DNA of 64,000 nt, from assembly GCA_004356805.1 (NCBI GenBank), contig SMXW01000045.1, positions 20,216 to 84,215 on the forward strand, given 5' to 3'. The notes beneath the pieces were generated by a model that was not told where the DNA came from, did not search any database, and saw only the letters and a program-made list of their open reading frames with translations. Position 1 is the first letter of the stretch, and every line of letters begins with the position of its first letter. This DNA is from Acidobacteriota bacterium (GTDB taxonomy: Bacteria > Actinomycetota > Acidimicrobiia > Spongiisociales > ZC4RG35). Shown here piece by piece: positions 48,805 through 58,801 of this stretch. The position numbers and the translations under genes are program-made.

Positions 48805-49479
48805 TTACGCCTTGCGCTCGTTCACGGCCTTCAATGCCTCCAGATACCGCTCCACCATCGCCACATAGGCCTTGGTCCCATCCTTGAAGTCGTCACTGAT
48901 GTCCCGATATCGGCGCCGCAATGCGAGGGCGGCGAACTTGGCCCCGCTGAGGTAGTACTCGAGGCCCGCGCCCGGGATCGCCGTCTTCCCCGGCTCGACC
49001 GGGCCATGCTCAACCGCCAGCTGCGAGGTCGGATCGAGACCCAAGGCCCCGAGCTCTTCGAGAACCAGATCCTCATCGGGTCTGTCGGCGTAGTCCTTGC
49101 CGACAAACCGGAACACAATCTCCCCGTCGGGCGAGATGATCACGACACCCGGCCGCGATATCAGTCTCGGATCGTTCTCGTCGGCGAACCTCAGCGGAGT
49201 TATTGCCTGATCCCTTTCAACATCGGAAAGGATCGGGAAAGGGAGGGCCAGCTTTTCCATCACAGCAGCGTTCTGACCGGGCGAGTCGGCGCTCAGTCCG
49301 AACACTCTGGCGCCTCGCTCCAGAAATTCACCCTGTCGCTGGGCCATGACGGCCAACTGGCCGTGGCAGTACGTTCAGAAGTCGCCCCGGTGAAAGGTGA
49401 TCACGGCCGCGGCGTCGAGATGATCGGACAGCGTCCACGGTTTGCCGGCGGCGTCCAAGACTGTGAAGTCGATTGCCAA
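48805..49479 (-). CDS. AhpC/TSA peroxiredoxin-like selenoprotein (UxxC), in-frame UGA at 49377-49375
   Basis: Read-through gives MAIDFTVLDAAGKPWTLSDHLDAAAVITFHRGDF-U-TYCHGQL...; TTG start after GAGGAGG; hairpin directly 3' of the UGA. Confidence 0.8.
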
Positions 49480-49668
49480 CTTGCTTCCCTCCTCGGGTAT
49501 GAGTCCCCATTGTTAGCGTGCTCGGACTCATGTTCATTCCCGCCGTCGAAGGATCGCCATGACCGAACTTCTGCTTCCCAACCTGAGGCCCTGGCCAAGT
49601 GTGGACCGATCGGCGAGATCCATGGTGATCCGCAGAGGGAGAGGCGTGGCTCGAGAAGGTGCCCTCGT

Positions 49669-50319
49669 TTGACCGCCTCCCGCTGGTTCATCCCGTTTGG
49701 CGGCCGTGAACTTCCCAGACGTCTGGTGAACCTTGTTGTCGGCCTCGTCATCTTCGGGGCGGGCATCGGATTGATGCTCCAGTCCGGTCTTGGTGTCCCG
49801 CCCTGGGATGTACTTCATCAGGGGCTCGCTGTTCGATTCGGCCTCACCGTTGGGGTCTGGTCGATCATCATCTCGTTCGTAGTCCTCCTGTTCTGGATTC
49901 CGCTGAGGGAGCCCTACGGGATTGGAACCGTTCTCAATGCATTGATCATCGGGGTGATGATCGATGTGACAGCCGTTGTGGTGCCCGAAGCCGGAAACAC
50001 CGTGGTGGCGATTCTCATGCTCGGGTCCGGGATTCTGTCGATCGGCTTCGCGTCCGGCCTCTACATCGGGGCCAATCTCGGGCCCGGCCCCCGTGACGGG
50101 CTGATGACCGGAATCGCCCGGAAGGGCCCGTCGATCCGTTTGACCAGGTCGATACTCGAGATCGTGGTGCTGATCGCTGGATGGCTGCTCGGTGGCACAT
50201 TCGGGATCGGAACCATCGCCTTTGCCCTGCTGATCGGACCGTTGGTTCAGTTTTTTCTGCCTCGCTGGACTATCGACGCGGGTCGTCGGGTCGACGGTTG
50301 GGAACACCCTGCTCGCTGA
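49669..50319 (+). CDS. YczE/YitT-family membrane protein
   Basis: GLGVPPWDVLHQG, GIGT..N, GPGPRDGLM, GG.FGIGT; real start well downstream of the 513-aa track ORF. Confidence 0.85.
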   Translation: MTASRWFIPFGGRELPRRLVNLVVGLVIFGAGIGLMLQSGLGVPPWDVLHQGLAVRFGLTVGVWSIIISFVVLLFWIPLREPYGIGTVLNALIIGVMIDVTAVVVPEAGNTVVAILMLGSGILSIGFASGLYIGANLGPGPRDGLMTGIARKGPSIRLTRSILEIVVLIAGWLLGGTFGIGTIAFALLIGPLVQFFLPRWTIDAGRRVDGWEHPAR

Positions 50320-50669
50320 GCCTAGGTTCCCCGGACATCGACTTTCGGCCTGGAGACAAGGTTGGCTAAAAGGGAGTCCCGGACTGACGATGAGCAACCG
50401 GAGAGGGGCCCTCGGGCTTCGCCGTCAGGTTTGTCCCATGGAACGACCCGATTGGTTCGTCGAGGACCCGATGTTGCACGGACCGGAGAAGAGGAAGTGG
50501 GGAGCATTCTCACCTACCGCCGCACCTACATCCTCCGTCACGCCGGTCATTCCTGGCAGGGACGATGTCGGCCGGAGGCGTCGTTCATGATCCGCTACTG
50601 GTGGGACAACTTGGTTTGAGGACGAAACCCGCGAAAACTGATCAGCCACCCGACTAGCTGAACCCGTGG

Positions 50670-50872
50670 CACCCATATATGGTGCCGTCACTTCCCCAGA
50701 GCACCCGTTTCGGCGTCCGCTTCCCCGCCTGGATGGCCGTTTTGGCTGTCTGAGCACGCACTACGGGCTGTGGATAACTCGGTTCTTGACGAGTTGCAGG
50801 CTTGTAATTACAGTGTTGGAGTCCATACCAGATGTAGGTGGACACTTCCCCGCACACCACAACATCTAGTGG
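50670..50872 (+). promoter_or_regulatory. NrdR boxes and a DnaA box upstream of nrdJ
   Basis: ATACCAGATGTAGGTG (50825-50840) and CCACAACATCTAGTGG (50857-50872), 32 bp apart; third box CACCCATATATGGTGC (50670-50685); TGTGGATAA at 50769-50777. Confidence 0.8.
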
Positions 50873-50943
50873 TGGGAGCTATAGATGGACGTGTTCTCGG
50901 TCTTCGGTGCCGAAACAAGAGAAGTGCGGAGGAGGCACAACAG

Positions 50944-53900
50944 ATGAGCGAAGGCCTACGGATAACCCGTCGCTTTACCGAGGCCGGTAACGACCCATAC
51001 GACCGACTGGAGTGGTCGACTCGTGACTCCAGAATCACCAACCCCGACGGCTCTGTTGTCTTTGAGATGACCGACGCCGAGATCCCGTCTCAGTGGAGCC
51101 AGGTCGCCTTGGACATCATGGTGTCCAAGTACTTTCGCAAGGCCGGAGTCCCCCAGTACGACGAGGACGGAACCCAACTCTTCGACGACGAAGGCCGACC
51201 GCTGACCGGTCCGGAGCACTCCGCCAAACAGGTCTTCAATCGTCTCGTCGGCACATGGCGGCACTGGGGGGAGAAGGGGGGCTACTTCGCCACCGCTGAT
51301 GATGCCGAGGCCTTCGAGGACGAGCTTCGCTACATGCTCGCCAACCAGATGGCCGCTCCCAACTCACCACAATGGTTCAACACCGGACTCAACTGGGCCT
51401 ACGGGCTCACCGGCCCACCCCAAGGACTGTGGTACGTCGATGACGAGACCGAGGAACTCATATCTTCCCCTGACTCCTACAGCAGACCCACTCCTCATGC
51501 CTGCTACATACTCAGCGTCAGCGATGACCTGGTCAACCCGGGTGGAATCATGGACCTGTGGGTGCGGGAGGCTCGCATCTTCAAGTTCGGTTCCGGCGCC
51601 GGATCCAACTTCTCCTCCATCCGAGGCGAGAACGAACTGCTCTCTGGTGGTGGCAAATCCTCCGGGGTCATGTCCTTCCTCAAGATCGGGGACCGCGCCG
51701 CCGGCGCGATCAAGTCGGGTGGCACCACCCGTCGCGCAGCCAAGATGGTCATTCTCGATGTCGACCATCCCGACATCGAGAAGTTCATCGACTGGAAGAA
51801 GGTCGAGGAAGAGAAGGCCAAGCTGCTCATCGACCACGGTGGCTTCCCGGCCGATTTCAATGGTGAGGCTTATGCCACTGTCTCGGGGCAGAACTCCAAC
51901 AACTCGGTCCGCATCAGCAACGACTTCGTCAAGGCCGTGGAGCAAGACGATAACTGGGACCTGATCAATCGAACCGACGGTTCGGTCCGCAAGACGATCA
52001 AGGCACGCGATCTCTGGTCTCGCATAGCCGACGCTGCCTGGGCCTGTGCGGACCCTGGTCTCCAGTTCGACTCCACGATCAACGAGTGGCACACCAGTCC
52101 TGCCGGTGGTCGCATACGGGCTTCTAACCCATGCGCGGAATATCTCTTTCTGGACGACACCGCCTGCAACCTGGCGTCGCTCAATCTCGTCAGGTTCTAC
52201 GACGACGAGAGCGGCGAGTTCGACATCGAGGCCTACAAACACACTATCCGCATCTGGACCATCGTCCTGGAGATCTCCGTGGCGATGGCTCACTTCCCGT
52301 CAAAGGAAATTGCACAAGGCTCCTACGACTATCGGACTCTTGGGCTTGGCTACGCCAACCTCGGGTCGCTGCTGATGCGTCAGGGCATCGCTTATGACTC
52401 CGATGAGGGCCGGGCCATCGCCGGCGCAATGACCGCCATCCTCACCGGGCACTCCTACGCAACATCGGCCGAGATGGCGGGGGTTGTGGGACCGTTCCCG
52501 CGCTTTGAGGAGAATCGGGAGGCGATGCTCCGGGTCATCCGTAACCATCGTGCGGCTGCCTATGACGGCGACGACTTCGACGGTGTCACCACCAGGGTGA
52601 TGGGCATCGATGCAGAACTGTGCCCGGACGATCTGGTGACCGCCGCCCGCGAGTCATGGGATCTCGCTCTCGAGCGTGGTGAGGAAACCGGCTATCGCAA
52701 CGCACAGTCCAGTTGCCTCGCGCCTACCGGAACAATCGGGCTTCTAATGGATTGTGACACCACCGGTGTCGAGCCCGACTTTGCCCTGGTCAAGTTTAAG
52801 AAGTTGGCCGGTGGCGGTTACTTCAAGATCGTCAACCAGTCCGTGGCGCCGGCACTGGCCAGCCTCGGCTACAACCTCGACCAGATCAACGATGTGGTGC
52901 AGTACATCGCTGGGACCAACTCCATGGAGGGTGCCCCACACATCAACGAACTGACGTTGGCCGAGAAAGGCTTCGACAGCGACGACCTTGCCAAGCTCGA
53001 GGAAACCCTTCCCAGAGTCTTTGATTTGAAGCACGCGTTCAACGTCTTCACCTTTGGCGAAGCAACCTTGCAGCGGCTCGGGTTCGGTGTCGACGAATAC
53101 ACCTCGTGGAACTTCGACCTACTTCAGGCGCTCGGATTCACCAAAGAGCAGATCGCAGGAGCCAACGACCATATCTGTGGTCGCCAGACCATAGAAGACG
53201 CTCCCTACATCCGGGACGAGCATCTCAAGGTGTTTGACACTGCCAACAAGAACGGGAAATACGGACGGCGGTTCATTCACCACAACGGCCACATCAAGAT
53301 GATGGCGGCGGCTCAGCCGTTCATCTCGGGTGCGATCTCGAAGACGATCAACATGCCCAACGAGGTCGACACCGAAACCATCGAGGAGGCATACCACCTC
53401 TCGTGGGAGTGGGGTCTCAAGGCCATGGCTCTCTACCGGGACGGATCAAAGGCGGTGCAGCCCCTCAACTCCACCGCCGACGAAGGTGAGAAAAGCGAAG
53501 AGGAGGCCGTCGGGATCACTGCTGCCGTCGAGCAGGAGAAGGCGATCCACTGGGGGAATCTCCCAGCTGGGACTTCGCCAAGCCAGGCATACGCCCAGGG
53601 AATGCCGCCGCCTCGGTTCCTGCTCCCGGCCCGTCGTCCCGGGTATCTCCAAGAAGCCCGAGTGGGAGGCCACAAGGTCTATCTGCGTACCGGTGAGTAC
53701 AACGACGGAACCCTGGGGGAGATCTTCATCGATCTGGCCAAAGAAGGCGCAACGCTGAAAGGCATCCTCAGTTGTTTCGCCATCGCAGTTTCCAAGGGTC
53801 TCCAGTACGGAGTGCCGTTGGAGGAGTTCGTCGACACTTTCACGTTCCAAACCTTCGAGCCCCGGGGAATCGTCGAAGGTCACGAGAACATCAAGATGGC

Positions 53901-54312
53901 CAACTCGATCATCGACTACGTATTCCGGGCCCTTGGCGTTGAGTACCTGAAGCGCGACGAACTCGCCCAGGTGCCACCCGATCGTGGGGGCGACCTGGCC
54001 GCACCGCCGAAGGGTCTGGCAGTCGAAGCGGGACTTCAGCTGGACCTGAGCGACGCTGTGGCCGAAGGTGATGTTGACGTGCTGCAACGGGCAGCCGAGT
54101 TCGTCGACTCTCCCGACGGATCGGTGCCGGAGCCAGTGGTGGAGAAGGTTGTCGCCACGGTGGCCGTCGGCGACCACGCTGCAAATACCGACATGATGTT
54201 GTCAGAGAACATGGGTGATGCACCTGTGTGCTCCAACTGCGGGCATATGACCATTCGCAACGGGAATTGCTACGTCTGCCTCACCTGTGGAGACACCACC
54301 GGCTGTAGCTGA
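50944..54312 (+). CDS. nrdJ: Class II (adenosylcobalamin-dependent) ribonucleotide reductase
   Basis: PNSPQWFN, HAC, GGTTRRAAKM, NPCAE, CNLASLNL, APTGTI, ISKTIN, YRDGSK, C-terminal CxxC..CxxC; GGAGG upstream of MSEGL. Confidence 0.95.
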   Translation: MSEGLRITRRFTEAGNDPYDRLEWSTRDSRITNPDGSVVFEMTDAEIPSQWSQVALDIMVSKYFRKAGVPQYDEDGTQLFDDEGRPLTGPEHSAKQVFNRLVGTWRHWGEKGGYFATADDAEAFEDELRYMLANQMAAPNSPQWFNTGLNWAYGLTGPPQGLWYVDDETEELISSPDSYSRPTPHACYILSVSDDLVNPGGIMDLWVREARIFKFGSGAGSNFSSIRGENELLSGGGKSSGVMSFLKIGDRAAGAIKSGGTTRRAAKMVILDVDHPDIEKFIDWKKVEEEKAKLLIDHGGFPADFNGEAYATVSGQNSNNSVRISNDFVKAVEQDDNWDLINRTDGSVRKTIKARDLWSRIADAAWACADPGLQFDSTINEWHTSPAGGRIRASNPCAEYLFLDDTACNLASLNLVRFYDDESGEFDIEAYKHTIRIWTIVLEISVAMAHFPSKEIAQGSYDYRTLGLGYANLGSLLMRQGIAYDSDEGRAIAGAMTAILTGHSYATSAEMAGVVGPFPRFEENREAMLRVIRNHRAAAYDGDDFDGVTTRVMGIDAELCPDDLVTAARESWDLALERGEETGYRNAQSSCLAPTGTIGLLMDCDTTGVEPDFALVKFKKLAGGGYFKIVNQSVAPALASLGYNLDQINDVVQYIAGTNSMEGAPHINELTLAEKGFDSDDLAKLEETLPRVFDLKHAFNVFTFGEATLQRLGFGVDEYTSWNFDLLQALGFTKEQIAGANDHICGRQTIEDAPYIRDEHLKVFDTANKNGKYGRRFIHHNGHIKMMAAAQPFISGAISKTINMPNEVDTETIEEAYHLSWEWGLKAMALYRDGSKAVQPLNSTADEGEKSEEEAVGITAAVEQEKAIHWGNLPAGTSPSQAYAQGMPPPRFLLPARRPGYLQEARVGGHKVYLRTGEYNDGTLGEIFIDLAKEGATLKGILSCFAIAVSKGLQYGVPLEEFVDTFTFQTFEPRGIVEGHENIKMANSIIDYVFRALGVEYLKRDELAQVPPDRGGDLAAPPKGLAVEAGLQLDLSDAVAEGDVDVLQRAAEFVDSPDGSVPEPVVEKVVATVAVGDHAANTDMMLSENMGDAPVCSNCGHMTIRNGNCYVCLTCGDTTGCS

Positions 54313-54366
54313 CCTGATCCGCCTGGAGACGATCGCTTTTGGGCGGACCGCGCGCTCCCGCATTGC

Positions 54367-54394
54367 GAAGGGCCCCGCTGAAGCGGGGCCCTTC
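54367..54394. terminator. GC-rich hairpin after nrdJ
   Basis: GAAGGGCCCCGC-TGAA-GCGGGGCCCTTC. Confidence 0.7.
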
Positions 54395-54429
54395 CACTAC
54401 ATGGTCCGTTTCATCAAGCTGATATGGCG

Positions 54430-54879
54430 GCTCCTCATGTCCGAAGTAGATCAGGAATGCGATGGCGACCACCCACATGAGCGGGTGCACTTCGCCAACC
54501 TTTCCCTTGACCACCTTGATCAGCGTGTACATGACGAAAACGGCGCCGATGCCGACTGTGATTCTGAATGTCAGAGGCATCAGGATGAACGTCAACAGCG
54601 CAGGGAATCCCTCCTCGAAGTCGTCAAAGGTCGATCCCTTTGATGAGACCCATCATCAGGAATCCCACGAGGATCAGAACCGGAGCAGCTGCCTCCGGCG
54701 GAACCATTCCGGCCAGGGGCTACAGGAAGATGGCAAAGAGGAACAGGACTCCGACGACGACTGATGTCAAGCCGGTACGTCCCCCCTCTGCCATACCCGC
54801 CGACCTCTCGATATAGCTGGTGTTCGAGTGTGGAACCCTCCGAAGGCGGGGCCTTGGGACATTCAGTCGTGTCTGTCAT
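54430..54879 (-). pseudogene. NCS2/AzgA purine permease pseudogene
   Basis: SAGMAEGGRTGLTSVVVG, APVLILVGFLMM, EGFPALLTFILMPLT, VHPLMW fragments; nonsense TAG at 54722-54720; a frameshift near 54630; most of the N-terminal part is missing. Confidence 0.8.
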
Positions 54880-54992
54880 GTTGCTCCTCCCAACTCGACG
54901 CCTGGGCAGGCGCCGACGACGTTTTCAAACTGGCCAGGAGATCTGGGGCCGTGTCGGACAGATCGAGGGGTTTCGTACAGTTTTCAGACCGA

Positions 54993-55301
54993 TCACATCA
55001 GAGCCCGAACCAACCAGAAGACCCCCATCCCTGCGATCAGAGTGAAGATGTGGCTCCGGGTCCTGTAGGCAACAGCGCCGCCAACCAAAAATGCTGAGAC
55101 TTCGGGAATTCCGATGGCAACGTTTCCGCCACTGTCGATCAAGAGAGCAACGATCAACGCACCAAGCACCGCCGGTGCCACGAACTGAAGCGAAACCAGG
55201 ACAGGATCGGGAATCTTCTTGTTGGCGAGGGCAAGGATGAATATCCCCCGACTCAGATAAGTTCCGATACCGACGGCGACTATGGCCAGAAAGTCGGTCA
55301 T
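54993..55301 (-). CDS. azlD: AzlD-family branched-chain amino acid exporter small subunit
   Basis: GTYLSR, FVAPAVLGAL; coupled to azlC. Confidence 0.85.
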   Translation of the reverse strand: MTDFLAIVAVGIGTYLSRGIFILALANKKIPDPVLVSLQFVAPAVLGALIVALLIDSGGNVAIGIPEVSAFLVGGAVAYRTRSHIFTLIAGMGVFWLVRALM

Positions 55302-55978
55302 TCTCGGAGCCTTTCGGCGATGGTGCCCGCCAGAATCCCGACGAAGGCTCCGACCAGAAGACCGGCACGATTGGGCAAACCTGCTGTCAGGTAGGTGACA
55401 CCTGCCCCCACCAACGCAGCAATCAACTTCGGATACCTATCGATACCCAGAACGATCAATCCAAGGAACAGGATGGAAACGGCAAACTCGAGGTTCCAAG
55501 CTTCTGGTACTACGGGTCCAACCACCAGACCCAGCGCCGACGTGATTAGCCACAACGCCCAGAAGAGCAGGCCGGATGATAGGTAGTAGGTCCGAAACGT
55601 CTTTGGATCGTCGTCGGCGCGGAGCATCGACAGGGCAAACTGCTGGTCGATGAGGAGATAGGGACCGAACCATCTCATCCAGTGAGGTTGTTGCTGGAAG
55701 ACCGGGGCCAGGGCGGCCGAATACATCAGATGCCTTGCGTTCACCACGAGACCGGCGGTGATCGCCGCCGCCACGGCAGCGCCCGAGCCGAGCAACGAGA
55801 TGAGGGTCAGTTGGGCTGCTCCGCCGAAGATGATCCAAGAACTGCTCCAACCGACGAAGGGGCTGATTCCCGATTCGACAATCACCAAGCCAATCACGAA
55901 AGCAAAGGGGACCGCGGGCACAAAAAGTGGCAAGGCGTCGACGATGCCCTGCCTGACAATGGAGCGGTCCAGCGACAT
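55298..55978 (-). CDS. azlC: AzlC-family branched-chain amino acid exporter
   Basis: FGGAAQL, VNARHLMYSA, IDQQFA. Confidence 0.9.
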   Translation of the reverse strand: MSLDRSIVRQGIVDALPLFVPAVPFAFVIGLVIVESGISPFVGWSSSWIIFGGAAQLTLISLLGSGAAVAAAITAGLVVNARHLMYSAALAPVFQQQPHWMRWFGPYLLIDQQFALSMLRADDDPKTFRTYYLSSGLLFWALWLITSALGLVVGPVVPEAWNLEFAVSILFLGLIVLGIDRYPKLIAALVGAGVTYLTAGLPNRAGLLVGAFVGILAGTIAERLRE

Positions 55979-56177
55979 GAGCGGAACAGGATAAGGCGCC
56001 CGTCCGGTTGACCAAGTGCTCTCCAATAGAAATGCAGCCGCCCACTTCGGCGAGGCCGGGGCGTCGCTCGCCAGAAGGCAGGACGAAGGCGCATCCGCAT
56101 GTTTTGGCGAGGCAAGGCCGTTCGCGGCGTTACCATCCGTTGAAAGGTCAGCGTATTTCTTGTTGGGGGCACCAGGC

Positions 56178-56480
56178 ATGAGCACTTTCCGTCACACACT
56201 GATGCTGCGATTCACTGCCGATGCCACCGAACAGCAGAAGCAGGCCGTCTACGACGGACTGGCCCGTATGCCCGGAGTAATGGACTTCATCCGCAGATAC
56301 GAGTTCGGGACCGACCTTGCCATCAGCGAGGGCAACCCGGACTTGGCCCTGGTTGCCGACTTCGATTCAGAGGAAGACTGGAGGGCGTACCAGAGTCACC
56401 CGGACCATCTTGTTCTGGTCAACGACCTCGTCAAGCCAATCGTCAGAGAGGCCATTCGGGTTCAGTACCTGGTCGACTAG
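56178..56480 (+). CDS. Dabb (stress-responsive alpha/beta barrel) protein
   Basis: RHTLMLRF, F..E.D..AY..HPDH. Confidence 0.85.
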   Translation: MSTFRHTLMLRFTADATEQQKQAVYDGLARMPGVMDFIRRYEFGTDLAISEGNPDLALVADFDSEEDWRAYQSHPDHLVLVNDLVKPIVREAIRVQYLVD

Positions 56481-56509
56481 GTCGCGGCGGCCAACTCGAT
56501 GTCGTTCTC

Positions 56510-57229
56510 TTACCGTTCGACATCGATCTTCACCGTCTCCAAGGCGATCTCCACCATCTCGTCGAAGGTCTCCTGACGCTCGTCGGCACTGGTGGCCTCA
56601 CCGGTTCGGATGTGATCGGAGACCGTTGCAATCGTCAACGCCCGTCCACCCTTCTCGGCAGCAACGCCATAGAGACCCGCGGCCTCCATCTCCACTGCAA
56701 GAACACCCATCGCCTCCATACGATCGAAGGCTTCGCCATCGGGGTTGTAGAAGAGGTCGGCGGTGTGGACGTTTCCGACCTTCACGTCGATGCCCATCGC
56801 TGCCGCTGCAGTAGCCGCGGCCTGAAGCAGCCAGAAATCGGCGGTGGCAGCAAAATCATCGCCGCCGTAACGAATCCGATTGACCCCAGAGTCGGTGCAT
56901 GCGCCAATGGCGAGCACGACATCGCGGATCTTGACCGAAGGCAGTATTCCGCCACAGGACCCGACCCTTATCAGTCGCTCCACTCCGAACTCGGTGATGA
57001 GTTCGGTCGCGTATATGGAAGCCGAGGGGATGCCCATCCCGGTCCCCATCACCGAGACCGGGATCCCTGAGTAGGTCCCCGTGTAGCCGAGCATGTTGCG
57101 GACGGCGTTCACCTGCTTGACGTCATCAAGGAAGTTGTCGGCGATGTGTTTGGCACGCAGTGGATCACCGGGTAGAAGAATCGAAGGTGCAAAATCACCC
57201 TTCTCGGCAGAGATGTGCGGCGTGGGCAT
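56510..57229 (-). CDS. deoD: Purine nucleoside phosphorylase (DeoD type)
   Basis: [41 protein letters not shown]. Confidence 0.95.
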   Translation of the reverse strand: MPTPHISAEKGDFAPSILLPGDPLRAKHIADNFLDDVKQVNAVRNMLGYTGTYSGIPVSVMGTGMGIPSASIYATELITEFGVERLIRVGSCGGILPSVKIRDVVLAIGACTDSGVNRIRYGGDDFAATADFWLLQAAATAAAAMGIDVKVGNVHTADLFYNPDGEAFDRMEAMGVLAVEMEAAGLYGVAAEKGGRALTIATVSDHIRTGEATSADERQETFDEMVEIALETVKIDVER

Positions 57230-57342
57230 GGCGAAGGCGACTCCTCGGGCTCTCGGTCGGCCACAACCTATCGGATCCGCGGAGGAGAACGGCAGCCCAC
57301 GCGGCGGATTCCCACCGGTCCACACCCGCGTAGTCTTCGCCC

Positions 57343-57837
57343 ATGTCCGACATCTACGATTTCATCATCAGGTTGCGGGCAATCCGCGACTACACCGCCG
57401 ACCCGCTCTCCACAGAGGATCTCGAGGCGATTCTCGAAGCGGCGCGATGGACCGGCAGTTCCAAGAACCGCCAGGACTGGTCGTTCGTGGTCATCACAGA
57501 CCCCGACCGCCTCCAGGGTCTCGCCGAGCATGGGGACTTCACCCAGCCGATTCGAGACTCCAAGACAACCGTGGTGCTCGTCCAGGAAGAGGGCGGCAAC
57601 ATGTTCGACATCGGCCGAGCCGCCCAGAACATCATGCTCGCAGCCAAGGCGATCGGTGTGGCCTCGTGTCCGATCACTCTTCATCGCGACCACGACGCTC
57701 GCGAGTTTCTCGGCGCACCCAACGAAACGATCGTCAGATACGCCGTCGCTCTCGGCTACCCGACCGAGGATGCCCGGCCTGCCATGTTTGGTGGCCGAAA
57801 AGGCGCCCAATCCGTGATCAAACAGGATCGCTACTAG
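57343..57837 (+). CDS. Nitroreductase family protein
   Basis: [31 protein letters not shown]. Confidence 0.9.
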   Translation: MSDIYDFIIRLRAIRDYTADPLSTEDLEAILEAARWTGSSKNRQDWSFVVITDPDRLQGLAEHGDFTQPIRDSKTTVVLVQEEGGNMFDIGRAAQNIMLAAKAIGVASCPITLHRDHDAREFLGAPNETIVRYAVALGYPTEDARPAMFGGRKGAQSVIKQDRY

Positions 57838-57874
57838 TGGTCCGTCACTGGCTCAAGCTACCGTCACTCGACTC

Positions 57875-58801
57875 ATGACTGACACCCTCGTGGAGGCCCG
57901 TGGCCTCACCAAGAGATTCGACGACTTGACGGCGGTCGACGGGATCGACTTCGACATCCACCAGGGCGAAGCCTTTGGTTTCCTTGGCCCCAACGGAGCG
58001 GGGAAGACCTCGACGATGAAGATGATCACAACCGTCAGCCCCATTACCGAGGGAAAACTGACGGTGTTCGGACTCGACCCGACCACACAGGGTCGATCGA
58101 TCCGTCAGCGCATCGGCGTGGTCCCACAGGAAGACAATCTCGATCTCGAGCTGACGGTTTCCGAGAACCTGTACATCTACGGCCGCTATCACGACATGAG
58201 TCGGGCCGAGATCAATCCGCGGATCACGGAGCTGCTCGAGTTCGCTCAGTTGTCCGACCGTCGAGATTCAACAGTGGAGCCATTGTCGGGTGGCATGAAG
58301 CGTCGACTCACCATCGCCCGCGCCCTGATCAACGATCCCGACCTCATAATCCTCGACGAGCCGACGACCGGCCTCGACCCGCAGGCTCGGCACCTTCTTT
58401 GGGACCGGCTCTACCGACTCAAACGTGATGGGGCGACCCTCATCATCACAACTCACTACATGGACGAGGCCGAGCAGCTCTGCGATCGACTCGTGGTGAT
58501 GGACCAGGGGAAGATCGTCGCTGAAGGATCACCCCGCGAGCTCATAGAACAGTATGCGCCTCGGGAGGTCCTCGAGCTGAGATTCGACGACGAGCAGAGG
58601 GACGACGCTGTCATCAAGATGGACGGTGTCGCGGCCCGGTCTGAGGTCCTGGCAGATCGAGTCCTCCTCTACACCGACGACGCCGACGACACACAGCGCG
58701 CGCTTCACGACCGCGGGGTCCACCCCGAGCAGGTGCTTGTTCGCAGATCAACACTCGAAGACGTCTTCCTCCGTCTGACCGGTCGGAGACTGATCGACTG
58801 A
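57875..58801 (+). CDS. ABC-2 exporter ATP-binding protein (NodI/DrrA-like)
   Basis: GPNGAGKT, LSGGMKRR, LDEPTTGLD, TTHYM. Confidence 0.93.
   Translation: MTDTLVEARGLTKRFDDLTAVDGIDFDIHQGEAFGFLGPNGAGKTSTMKMITTVSPITEGKLTVFGLDPTTQGRSIRQRIGVVPQEDNLDLELTVSENLYIYGRYHDMSRAEINPRITELLEFAQLSDRRDSTVEPLSGGMKRRLTIARALINDPDLIILDEPTTGLDPQARHLLWDRLYRLKRDGATLIITTHYMDEAEQLCDRLVVMDQGKIVAEGSPRELIEQYAPREVLELRFDDEQRDDAVIKMDGVAARSEVLADRVLLYTDDADDTQRALHDRGVHPEQVLVRRSTLEDVFLRLTGRRLID

Noticed and set aside
48778..49668. N-terminal ~300 aa of the 513-aa track ORF
   Set aside because: Antisense to the selenoprotein gene; only the part from 49669 looks like a real YczE/YitT protein.
50362..50619. 85-aa ORF upstream of nrdJ
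   Set aside because: No recognisable family, weak start and atypical composition; at most gene debris.
50944..54312. Intein or intron in nrdJ
   Set aside because: Catalytic motifs are contiguous, and there is no C...HN/C splice junction or endonuclease motif.
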